From Asterias rubens (Eukaryota), in NCBI RefSeq assembly GCF_902459465.1, contig NC_047076.1, forward strand, positions 8,184,001 to 8,248,000: a DNA stretch of 64,000 nucleotides, given 5' to 3'. Shown here piece by piece: positions 37,001 to 49,000 of this stretch. Under the pieces are notes generated by a model. That model was given only the letters and a program-made list of their open reading frames with translations. It did not search any database and was not told the origin of the DNA. How positions within the stretch are numbered: the first letter of the stretch is position 1; the number at the start of each line of letters is the position of its first letter. Both the position numbers and the translations under genes were made by a program.

Positions 37001-40000
37001 AAAAGTTAAAATGTATCACCTTTTAAATGATTCTTTTGAAGTTTGTTTTTTGCCAAACTTTAAAGTTAAAAACAAAAACACCTTGTCACACAAAGTTTCA
37101 GATGCTTGGTTTAGGGACTTCAGAGAGAACCGTTTCTCACAATGTTTTGTACTATCAACAGCTTCATTGCTTGTTACCAAGTAAGCTTTGATGCTAACAA
37201 TTATTTTGAGTAATTACCAATAGTGTCCACTGCCTTTAAGTAGTCCATCTAGATACTCGAATACAAGGCAATAAAACTAAGTCTCCTGATGATGACTAGA
37301 GCAAGCTAGTCGAAACAATGGGTACTGAACATAATAACGATCCACTATAAGCTAAAGTAGTAGTCTTAGCCAATTGTCTACCTCCTGCCCAGGTAGTAGT
37401 CACAAAGCAGAACCGAGAAGTCCCCCAAATTCTGAAATCTACTCAGCGATTGTAGAATAAATAGCAAGACAAAATCTACCTGGCAAGTAGAAACAAGCAT
37501 GGTGTTAATACTGCAAACCAAATATATAATAAAACTCACCTTATTGCTTGGAGACGGAGACGAAGCGTCCCTCCTCTTTAGAATCCCACTGCTCGGCGAC
37601 CCAGAAGGAGAATACATGGAAGGTATGGACCCCGATGGTGAATCCTGGTTGGTCAAAAGCGGCTTTGCTGCTCGGTGCGCATTTGGTGAGCTGTGACTAC
37701 AAGGTGCAAACTTCACAGAGATAACTGGAGACTCAAGTAGCGAAGGCATGCTTACCGGCAAGGACAACTCTTTAAGAGGTTCTAAGGAATCGGTCGTCTT
37801 GACATCCATCGTCTCGGGTACCAGACGTGGAGGTGAATAGCAGGAGGAGGAATCCAAAGGACACTCCATACCATTTTTTGTTGGCTCTTCGACAGTTTCA
37901 GAACCCAATAAGCTGCTGCTTAAAATCTCTTCATTTTCTGCGTCTAAAATGTAATCTTCAACTAGTGATGCCTGATCTGTGTTGATCTCCTTTTCGGTGG
38001 CAGAAGGTGGGATTTCACTTTTCTGTTCGACCTCGGAAGTTGCTTCATCTTTTATGGGAGTTACTTCCTTTTGTAATTTGACAGGACTTGATGACAACAG
38101 CTCACCTCTACTTTCTGGAAGAGGCAAGCTCATGGACAGACTTGCAACAGGGGATAAATTCTCTAGTAGATTATTGATTTTTTCTGGTAGGGCATCATCT
38201 AGAACTTCCTCAAGTCCAGCCATGTCCAACTTCTCCTGAAATTTAGACTTCTTGGCTGGCTTCCCAATAATCGTTTCCGATTCTCCTTTTGAAGACCTTC
38301 TTGGTTTCCTGCTGGGTTTGCTGGGCACACTGGCGCTGAGACTCTTGCTTGCCCGTAGCCTAGTTGCCATGGGTGATACCTTAGAAGCACTCCTAATAAC
38401 TGGATTCCCAGGAGAAAACTTGTTGCGATGCGATGGGGACCTTCTAGCCCGCTTTAGTGCCTTCTTGGCAAAAGCTGTATTTGGACTTGTCTTGGGACTC
38501 AACTTCTGAGAAACCGCACTGCGTTTCTTCCCCCTCCTTTTAGTTTTTAAATTTGTCAATGGTTCTGATTTCTCAAGGTCCTTGCTCTCACAATCTTCAT
38601 TCCCAACGGCCTTTGAACTCTCCTCCACCTGACTGGCTTCAAGATCTTTCTTTGGGAAATCCACTTCCGAGTCGGACGTCTGGCTGTCGATGTCTAAATA
38701 GCAATGCTTGATCTGTGCTAATGGAATGTTATCCTCATCATCATCAGCACTGTCATCCTCGCAATCTACACATGGATGCTTCCGTTTCCCTGAACTTATT
38801 CTTTTTTGGCTGAGGCGTACACTCCTTTTGACTGATTCATCCTTGCTCTTTGACTCACTTTGTGAATTCTTGGCCCTTTGTTCTTCAGGGAGGTCTTTGG
38901 TTAAGCCGGGGCTTTCAAAGAGGTCATCACAACTGTTCAGGTTTTTGTCGTCATCTTGAGATTTAGAGGATTCTTCTTGCTTCTCATCAGAGCTCTCATT
39001 AGGAGATGCTTTCTTAAGACTTTCCTGCTCTTCGACAGGCTCTATGCAGGGAAAAGAATCTTTAGGCTCTGAAGCTGTGGATTCTTGCTGCTTTTTCTGT
39101 GGGCTGGATGCCCCCGCTGAAGATTTTTCTTCCAAGTCGGACTCTTGTTGACTTTCCTTCCTTTCACTGTCATCAACCGTCTTCTCTATAGCAGCCTTGG
39201 ACTGAGAATTTGAAGCTTTCTCAGCAGAAGGTAGATGGACTGTCTTGTCTTTCTTTGGGCGACCACGCTTCTTAAGTACTGTAGGAGCTCTTGTAGGAAT
39301 GAACGACTCCTGAGAATCTTTTCTGTTGACAGTGTCATCCAGCGTAGACTCATCAGCATTGTAGCAGTCTTCACTGCAAATGTTATCAACATCATCCGAT
39401 ATTTGGGAAACTGGCTTCTTTTCTATAACGCCCACATGAATTTTTCTCTTTCCTCTGACCTTTCGTTGACCTTTCGGTCTTGTTTTATTATGTTCATCTT
39501 CCTGAGGTTTTTGGCTATCATTGCTTGATGCTTCATTTGATTGGCTCTCATTGGTCATCGTATCCATTGACTGGTCCATGTCAGTCTCATCATCAAGTGG
39601 CTGGATTCCATCCAACTCAAATCTCTCCGCTAGCTCAGCCAAATCAGCCTGAGAGCTTTGCAGACTTTTGTTGACACCCTTCTTCCTCCTTCCTTGTTGA
39701 ACCTTCTTAGCTTTTGAGGTAGAGGCTCTTTTCAAGCTCTTAGTACTTCTTGGAGACTCATCAGTTTGGAGCCGATGTAATCGAGAAATAAAGCGCTTTG
39801 GAGTTGGCTCTTCCTCACTACTTGTAAAGATCTTTGGACTACTGTTAATATCAAGCTTGGAGAATGTGCACTTGGATGGGTCTGGGCTCAGACGCAAAAG
39901 ATCAGCGTCATTCAACTTTTGGAGTTTGACTATTGGTGTCAGGCTTAATTTCATCTCCGACGGCTCTGAACCGCTTATAGGCTTTGTGGGAGAGATGAAA

Positions 40001-43000
40001 ACATTGTCATCTACTTTGTCACTTGCATCTTGCGATTGCTGGGTCTCAGGGATGATGCAATCATCATCTTCTGATTTATCGATGGTGTCGAGCCTCTTCG
40101 TCTGTACTTCCTCATCATCTGTTGAGTCTTTTGCCAGGACTTGTTGCTGTTCCTCCTTTGGACTATAATGGACTTCCATCTCTTCTCTTTCTCCAATAAC
40201 ACCTGCATCTGACTCAGACTTCGTTGGCAAACCTTCAACCATTTCACAGGAATCTATTTCCATCTCTTCAACAGAATTTTCCACATTATCCAAACCTGCT
40301 GAAAGGAAAACCTCCTGATTTTCACGAGGAGACCCACTCTCAGCCGCTTCAGTAGTGAGACTTTCCTTTGTACACACTGTGAAGCTCTTGGCTTCCACAG
40401 CTGTGCTTTCTTCCTTTGCGTTGTTCGTTGCAACAGGTGTATCTGTCAGCACAGGTGCCGACTCCTGAGATTTCTCTTTGAGTTTGCTCAAGAAGTTGGC
40501 GAAACTTATCGTAGAGGGCTCAGGAGCGTTGCTAATTTCAGCGTCCCCGTTAACTTCCTTCTCCGTCACCGTTTTAGATTGTCGAGCCTCGTCAGTGCCA
40601 CATTCTTCATTGCTATCTGTCAAGTTTGGTGTGTCTTTGTGAGTCTCAGAGACTTCATCAACACTTTCCTGGTTCCCTGGAGCTTCCTTGGTGGTGGTTG
40701 CTTGCTGATTTTTAACCTTAAGTAATGAAGGACTGGCCCCAGTTGAGGTTTCAGTCTGGCCTACAAAGGGAGATCTGCAAGGAACAAACAACAAACAAGT
40801 TTTTGATTAGAAATGTCTATCACACATTGGCGTTGGGGTAAAACCAGTAGTTTTTTTTTTCCAGCCTTTCACCTGTGTGGACCTCGGTTCAAATCTCACC
40901 TTGGACAGGAGCCTTGCATGTGGATAGGGTTTAATGCCGTACTTAAATGTGTGGAGTTTCACCATTTGGGGTTTTCCTTCCAAATCTAAAACTGAACATT
41001 TCTTCTCGTTTCCTAACCACAATCCCGTCAGTCACACTGTTGGACGAGTAATAATAAACAACAAATCTTGTCTCAATGAAAATACTCACTCCTGAGTTGC
41101 CTCGTTCTGACTCAATGTCTCAGAGAACATCTGGGTGTCTTGAGACTGCTCCAGGTCGTTGTAGAGGGCCGGGATGACTCGTCGAGTCCTTAACATCTCC
41201 TTCTGATGATCGGTCAAGACTTGGGTCTTCTTGGGAGATGGAGCAATGAAAACAAACTCCTGGGAGAAGGTATCAAAAAGATAAAACAATTTCAGGTTTT
41301 GAATTTCGCCCTTGAGGGAACGCAGCAATTTTCCTCTGGTAAGGGGCACTTCTACGAGGCAAATGAAAATCTGTACTGGAAGTTTTCAAAGGGCACCAAA
41401 GCAAAAGGCACCACGGCAATTGCTGTGGGTGTCGTGGGTTATTTTGATGCCTGCAGTTTCTCTGTGCATATCTGCTAAGACGCAACTGGTGCTTGCCCCC
41501 TTACAAATATTAGCTTTCCCATTGGTTAATCAGGTATCTTTTATCATACAGCCATGTCACATGGGCCCAATTTTTATACAGCCTGTAAGCATAAAGACAT
41601 GCTAAGCACAGTTATATTTTGCTAATCAGAAACAGGTTACCCTGCCAACAATCTATAAAGTTGACATCGTTGCGATTTTTTGCTAAGCAGTAGTTTCTGC
41701 TAAACAGTAGTTTCTGCTAAACAGCTTGCTGAAATCGGACCCTGGTATTGATAATCTATGTCCATGGCTGCAGACATGCAAAGAACTAACAACCACTCAT
41801 TGTCATAAAAAGTGATTTACGCAAAACAACCAAAAGTGGTCTGATGACCTTGTTGCACTGATGTGAAAAATGAAGCTTTGTGTTTTTCATAGAACTAAAA
41901 AATAAATACACTCTTCCAAGAGTAAACCAATGATGTATTATACGTTAAAGTGTGTTTGAACATTTCTTACCCCCATACTCTCCTCATCAACATGTAACTT
42001 CCTCCTCACAGCACCTCCACTTGCTCCCGGAGATGCATCCCGCTTCCCTAAAGCCCCAAAGGGAGATGCCACGTTCCTCAGGGCACCCTTCCCAGGCGAG
42101 GTACCCCTTCTGGTAATCTTCCCAAAAGGGGAAGGGTGTTTCTTGGGGGAGGATGACTCGACGAGACGTTCGGCTTGAGCGGTGCGCCTCAAGAAGCTAC
42201 CATGCAACTTCTGTGGGGAGGGGGCGCCAAAGTTTGGGACTGTCTGGGCGACGGGCGGAGGAATGAGACTCTGGGATTGATCGCTCTGATGAGAAAAACA
42301 AAGATGAGGGAAACATTAGTCATCAAACATCTGCTCCTCAAGATTCCAAGTTCCCGGCACTCCTCGAGTGATCCGTAGTTTTTCACATGCCAGGCCATTT
42401 CTTTGGAACAGCGTCCAACTTCAACTCAGACAAGTAGATACTTGTTTGCAATTTAAAACACATCGCAAACCATATCTATTTTGGTCTTTGTGTATAGCAG
42501 AGTTCTCTTTTTTTTGCGCCAGGAGTGGCATCATTGAAAGACATGGCACACTAGAAATTTTCAGGTTCAGTGTGGGAAGATTGTCATAATTACTGACTCT
42601 ACTAAAAAGTTGTTTGTTTAAAAAACAATTTTGTAACAACCTATTTTTTATATTATTTTAAACACTGACTATTCTAGATGGCCACTTACAAAGGGTTTAT
42701 TCTGAAATAACCAAATCCAAATAAAACAAAAACAATATTTCCTGCAAAAAAGAAAGGTCTTTAAGAGAAATTTTTACCTCTGGGATTTGACTGACTGGCG
42801 TCTCGTCGACCATCTGAAACTGCGTGTCTGTCCAGCCTGGAAGGACCAGCGGAGTTTTCTCCTTCAGTTTGGCCAAACACACCCTACAATAAAATAACAG
42901 ACGATACTTACAGAGATAAAATAATACCGAAGTCTTATATAGCGCACGTATCCACCAAACAAGGTGCTCAAGGCGCTGAGTATATACAAACTTTCAGGAA

Positions 43001-46000
43001 GATGGGTTATTGCAGTGATGAATTCCGAGACCCAATTATTTAGCACCTTATAAGGGTTTACAAGGGTTTACAAGGGGCTACGGCACATTAAGCAGCCACA
43101 ACCAGGAACACCAGGGCGAACCCCTTCTCTTTTCGATAAGTGCACTGGGTTCTTTTACATGCGTTACACAACACATGGGACCAACGGCTTTACGTCCCAT
43201 CCGAAGGACGAAGCAATGGTTAAGTGTCTTGCTCAAGGACACAGTGTCACGGCTGGGGATTCGAACCCCCCACTCAGCTGATCAGAAACTCCAGAGTTTG
43301 ATTGATGCTGAAGAAATTGTCTTTAGTACATTCATTTCGGTCCTAACTGTTTAATAAAAGTGATCTATAAGGCGCTCTTAAACTTTGTGTCAAAGCACCT
43401 TTACACTCTTACTACTACTAAGAATAACAGTAACACTTAACCAACATTTATAAAGCGCACAAAGCAACGACGTCAAAGTGCTGTTAACAGATATTAAAAA
43501 TCTTAAGCAATACTAGACAATTTAAAAATATTATAAGCTACACACAATAAAATGTAAAACAACAGTGGATGAACAATAAATATTATTAAGTACCAAAATG
43601 ATGATTGACAATACACCATCAAGTCGTTCATTTGCCCCTTCAGCACTCCTGAAACCATATCAACTCCTTTAAAGTATGCAGCACCAGCAGCCAAATTTGC
43701 GCACAGCTTGCTAATTATTCACATCAACAATTTCTATCCTCAAAGATGATGAGAAGCAATGATAATAAAGAGTTTTTTACCCCCACCCCCCCCCCCAAAA
43801 AAGTAAGTGTCACAGCCAGGATTTAAATTCCACACTCTGATGACTGGGCTGTTAGAACTTGAGTCAGACTCTAAACACCTCAGCCATGACAAGCTACAAA
43901 TTGTTTTGGGCCTTCAACCCCAGTACCAAAGATAAACATTTGGTAAGCACTGACAAATCTTGCTTAACAGAAAAGGGTTTCCAGCCAAAATGCTGCTTGA
44001 TTTAAACTGTTGTGACTAGCCCCCACCAACTCAGCGAAGAGATTTTTCAGCAGATACTTTCTGCTTTAAGAGTTTTTTTTAAAGTTGGGCCTAGCTTGTG
44101 AATTGTTCCTGCTAACCAAGCTTTTTCCCAGTGCTTAGCGTGTTTCTGCTCTGAACTTACTTCAAGCTCTCAGGGTAGTCCAGCGTGTCTGTGGTTGCAA
44201 AGGTAGCGTTCCAGAACACCAGAGTGTGGTTCTTAACGGCACGCTTTGAATGCATCAAGCCAACCTCTAGCAGGGAGGAAACGACGGTGAGAAACGCAGA
44301 GTCGTAAAGCCCATTGTAACGAGTCTGGATTGAGGTCAAGAGGTCAATCCAAAGCTTTTCTAACTTCTGCCACGTCGACGTCGGGTAGGAAGTTGATTTT
44401 AGAGGTCTGAAAAACAAAATTATCAATTGTGTAAATCCTTGTCATCATCAACTGATTACTAATGAAACTAAATCCTTTAATAAAAATAATTTTGGCACAC
44501 TATCATTGAGCTGATGGACGGCAAATTTTGAATGACTTTGATAATTTATTTGCGAAGAAAAATCAGAAGGGCACCAGTGACAATTACTTCAGATGCATAG
44601 CCTTTTGGCTGGCAACCCATTTTAACTAACCAAGCCCAGGTCGAAATTCCAGTTGAACCTAGTTAAACTGGGTTTAACTGGAACTAGTTGAAACCAGTTG
44701 ATAAACTAGTTAAACACAGTTAAAACCAGTTGGTTTAATATGGAAAATGGACAGAGACCAACTGGTTTATAATTTCAACCTAGTTGAACACAGTTAAACC
44801 TAGTCCAAACCAGTTGGTTAATATGGAAAATGTACGAGTTTGATCACTATCCAGTTGAACCAGTTGACCCCAGTTAACTAGGTTCAACTGGAATTTTGAC
44901 CTGGGAGTGTTTTCTTCTCCAAGAACAATATAGTTTCGTTTCGTTACAATGCAAGAAATGTATATTCAGGGGACCAGTTATAGCTGGTCCCATACCTACA
45001 ACTGTACATGTTGCATACCAACGCAGGAAACTCCTGCTCAAGGAACCAGTGATTGTTTTCACTGGTTCCCGATTCAGTGTGCAGATTACTGTAGCATGCA
45101 TTTTCCCACCTAAGTGGCACAAGATTAAAGCCACTTAGAGTCTACTAAGCATGCGGAATATATATCAGTAAATTTTACTCAAAACGAAAATAAACCATTT
45201 TAGCTAAGCAAGTTTTTTTGTTGAAACAAAAGTTGAAACAAAGGATTCTTTTCAAAACCACCCCAACTCATTTTTAGAGATAGTCATTACATGGTGTTAC
45301 TTCAAACCTTTCCATATTGTACTTCCACCATGCAAAGTTTCAAATCCTATTTACCAAACAACTTGATGAAGTTGTGCATCAATGTTTACAAAACAAACAA
45401 ATATTCGACTTACCCTGTGCTGTTGTAGAAACCAGAGATATGCGTAGCGAGTTTGTCCAGCAGAACGGCCATGATGGAGGGCTGGGATACATTGGTGAAG
45501 AGTGTGCTGAAAATGCTTGCCATTGTGCCAACTGTTGTGAAGGACTCCTGGGACGTGGAGGACTGCAAAGGTGGAAGTTGATTGATGGATGGAATTTATT
45601 TGGGATGAAAATACAGCAAGAAAATTAACAGTAACATTTATTTCAATGCTGTTATACAACACATAAATACAATAATGTAAATTTATGTCGAAATTAAGCT
45701 TGGGCGATATCACGATATTATCGACCATCGCGATACTAACTTGGAAACGATTTTGATATCGGATCGATTTGGTTTTTATCAGAATATCGATATATCGTGA
45801 TATATTGATTAAATATCGCAATATCGGCAATATATCGTGAATAAAATAAATCGATATCGCCCAAGCTTAGTCGAAATGGTAAAAACTTAGATGAAATGCT
45901 TATTGAGAGTAAATAAAAGTAAGTATACAAATTCACTTCTCAGACAACAACTAGTTTTGGCTCGTTACAATGGAAGAACCTTATGTTCAGGGCACCTGTC

Positions 46001-49000
46001 TTAACCGGTCCCATATCTACGATTGTAGCATACCAATGCAGGAAAACCTTGGTCAAGGAAACAGCAGATCTTTTCACTGGTTCCAGTTCAGTATGCTGTT
46101 TACTGTAGCATGAATTTTCCCACCTAAGTGGCACAAGATTGAAGCCACTTAGGGTCTATTAGCATGCAAAAATAAATATTTGTGAATGTTCTCAAAATGA
46201 AAATAACCTGATTAACCGAAACAACACGGGACACTACATGAAGTTTACTTGGACTAAGTACAAGCAAAAAGGAAAGAACCATCCAAAAAACATGCCCCTA
46301 CAAACAGATATGTCAAATTTAAGATTAAGAAGGCGGAAAAGGGAAGGAGAAGGGGGGTACGAAAAGACCGAGGTTTAGAAAATAAGCACTGGGTCAAAAA
46401 CAGGGATTCAAAACAAACAAATATCACATTAAACAAAAACTAAAACCATAACAAAACGAGCAGTCGAAACAGCAACTGGTTGACAAATTAAAACATATAA
46501 AAGAATTCTTTTCAAAAGGAAAGAATTTGGACAAGTTGAATTAAAATTGAATCAAGATTTGTTTGATTTATTTTCATGTTAAAGATTGACAGAGTAATCA
46601 GACAAAAGAACTTACTTGTAAAAGTCCAGCGAACTTTGATAGCTCCGCCTTCAGCTGGCGCTGGTTCTCTTCAGTTACCTTGGCAACCAGCTTGATTATT
46701 GCCGTAAGGTTACCAAGGGGTCGAACCCGTCCACGGCCACCTCCAGGGGTGTGGGCGTTTGGGAAGGTCGTGTTGCCAGTAAAAGAAGAGAAGTCAAAGT
46801 TGTTGAAGATTACTTGAAGGAGTTGAGCGAGACAGTCAACACACAACGGCGAGTTCTGAAAGATCGAAAGAAAAAGCTATAAAACTCCTGAAACTGTTCA
46901 CTTCAGGCATGCAACTGCCCGATGAAAAAAAAAGAGGAAACTTTTCGAGACCCACAATGGTACCCTAAAAAGTGTTGAGGTTTTTTATGCTCTTAGGATC
47001 AGTCTTAGCATGTATGACAAAGACAAAGTGAAGTGTTTTATACAACTAAAATAACATGGAAAAACACCTTGCCTATGTATGCACCGTAATTCTAAGGTGG
47101 CAAAGCATCGGGAGTTGATTAAGTTGAGGAAAACTAACTATTGTTTCCCAGGTAATTATGAAATTTGCATAAAATTATTATTCCCCCCCCCCCAAAAAAA
47201 GAAAAAAATCAGATTTTTTTTTTTTTTTTTTGGGGGGGGGGAATAATAATTTTATGCAAATTTCATAACTACCTGGGAAACAATAGTTAGTTTTCCTCAA
47301 CTTAATCAACTGCCGATGCTTTGCCGCCTTACAATGTTCGGTGAGAGCCACTTGTTCCCGCTTGCCGTCTTGCACATCACACAATATGCCATTCCTGGCT
47401 TGTCCACTTTCCGGACGGTTTCGGCGAGCAGTTTACCGTCGACATCTTTTTTTTCCAACCAGAACCACTTCCAGGTATTTTTTACTCCTTTATCAATGGC
47501 TTTAATTTGGCCAGGTACCACTCGGTCCCGCTCTAAAATATCATTTCTTTTGGATGTCATTTTGACGGACGTTTGAAGATACGACTGTTCACAACTAGCA
47601 CACAGTATACATGTACATTTAGCAACTAACTCACACACACACATACACATGTACATGTACAACACGTGTATACTATACTATTGCAAAACAGCGGGACCAG
47701 ACGAAGACACGACCTTAGACTCATTTCAAGGCTGTTTAGCACACAACTCGCCTGCGCCACGGGTGCGTTCCACTGTTCCAGATTTTTCGACCGTACACAC
47801 GGCTATTAGTGACCACACGCAGTGTGTAAACGTACGCTTTGCTTGCTGTGGGCTTTAGATTGACCCTGCAGTAGAATGGATTGCGTGCCGCGGCAGAGGC
47901 CAGACCATGCGTTACAATGTATTGTTGAATTTATCTTTAGATCGCGCTAACCGCGGAATGTATTTTGGATATTTTTTTAGCGCTAATCATTTGTCTTATT
48001 ATCGCGCTAACCGCGGAATGTATTTTTTTGCGCTAATAATTTTTTTAAAAACGCGTTTCCGCGGAAGAGTTGCATGCCTGTCACTTGCTTGCTCAAGTAT
48101 TGTGTTAAATCAAAAAAGATAACTGGTCCAAAAACAAATAATGGTGATTAAAGGCAGTGGACACTATTGGTAATTGTCAAAGACTAGCCTTCACAGTTGG
48201 TGTATCTCAACATATGCATAAAATAACAAACCTGTGAAAAATTGAGCTCAATCGGTCATCGAAGTTGCGAGATAAAATGAAAGAAAAATAACCCTTGTCA
48301 AATAAAGTTGTGTGCGTTTAGATGGTTGATTTCGAGACCTCAAGTTCTAAATCTGAGGTCTTGAAATCAAATTCGTGGAAAATTACTTCTTTCTCGAAAA
48401 ATATGGCACTTCAGAGGGAGCCGTTTCTCACAATGTTTTATACCATCAACCTCTCCCCATTACTCGTCACCAAGAAAAGTTTTATGCAAATAATTATTTT
48501 GAGTAATTACCTATAATGTCCACTGCCTTGAAGTCATGAAACGTTAATCAATTTGTTGAAGACTCGGACACAAATTCCACAAATAACATTAAATTTAACT
48601 TGTCATTTTTATTTTGTGACATGCATTCAGAGAGTACCAGTGACTGTCAAACACTGGTCCCATGTTCTGCATATATGTATATGTTAATGTAGCATACATT
48701 TTCCCACCTAAGTGACACAAAATGGCTGCCACTTAAGGTCTACAAGTATGCCGATCTTTACATTTTGCCCCAAAACTCTAAACTCTCTAAACATGCCACA
48801 CCATTTGGTGGTGGTTGGTTGCAAAATTTGTACATGATGTCCAAAACCAATTAATTATGTTGTCTATAGCCCCTGTTATACACTAGAAGAATTGTATGGA
48901 CAAATATTGGGTGACTTCATCACTTTGGTGGCAGCAGTGGGATTGTGCTTGAAAATCTCCCTATGACCCAAAAGTAACTCTAGAAATAACACATACCAGT

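Noticed and set aside
37979-40168. Several + strand ORFs overlapping the large RIF1 exon
   Set aside because: Antisense shadows of a stop-poor, low-complexity coding exon.
45100-45135. Assigning the H/ACA 5' pocket to the LSU motif ATTCCCACUGUCCC
   Set aside because: GTGGGAA complements TTCCCAC, but the other pocket strand (TAGAC) does not pair correctly after a 2-nt gap, so no target is claimed.
6522-48516. Recurring similar ORFs (e.g. ...FETSSSKSEVSKSNSWKITSFSK..., MRDNNERK...)
   Set aside because: They are translations of the non-coding family-A MITE; similarity reflects DNA repeat copies, not a protein family.
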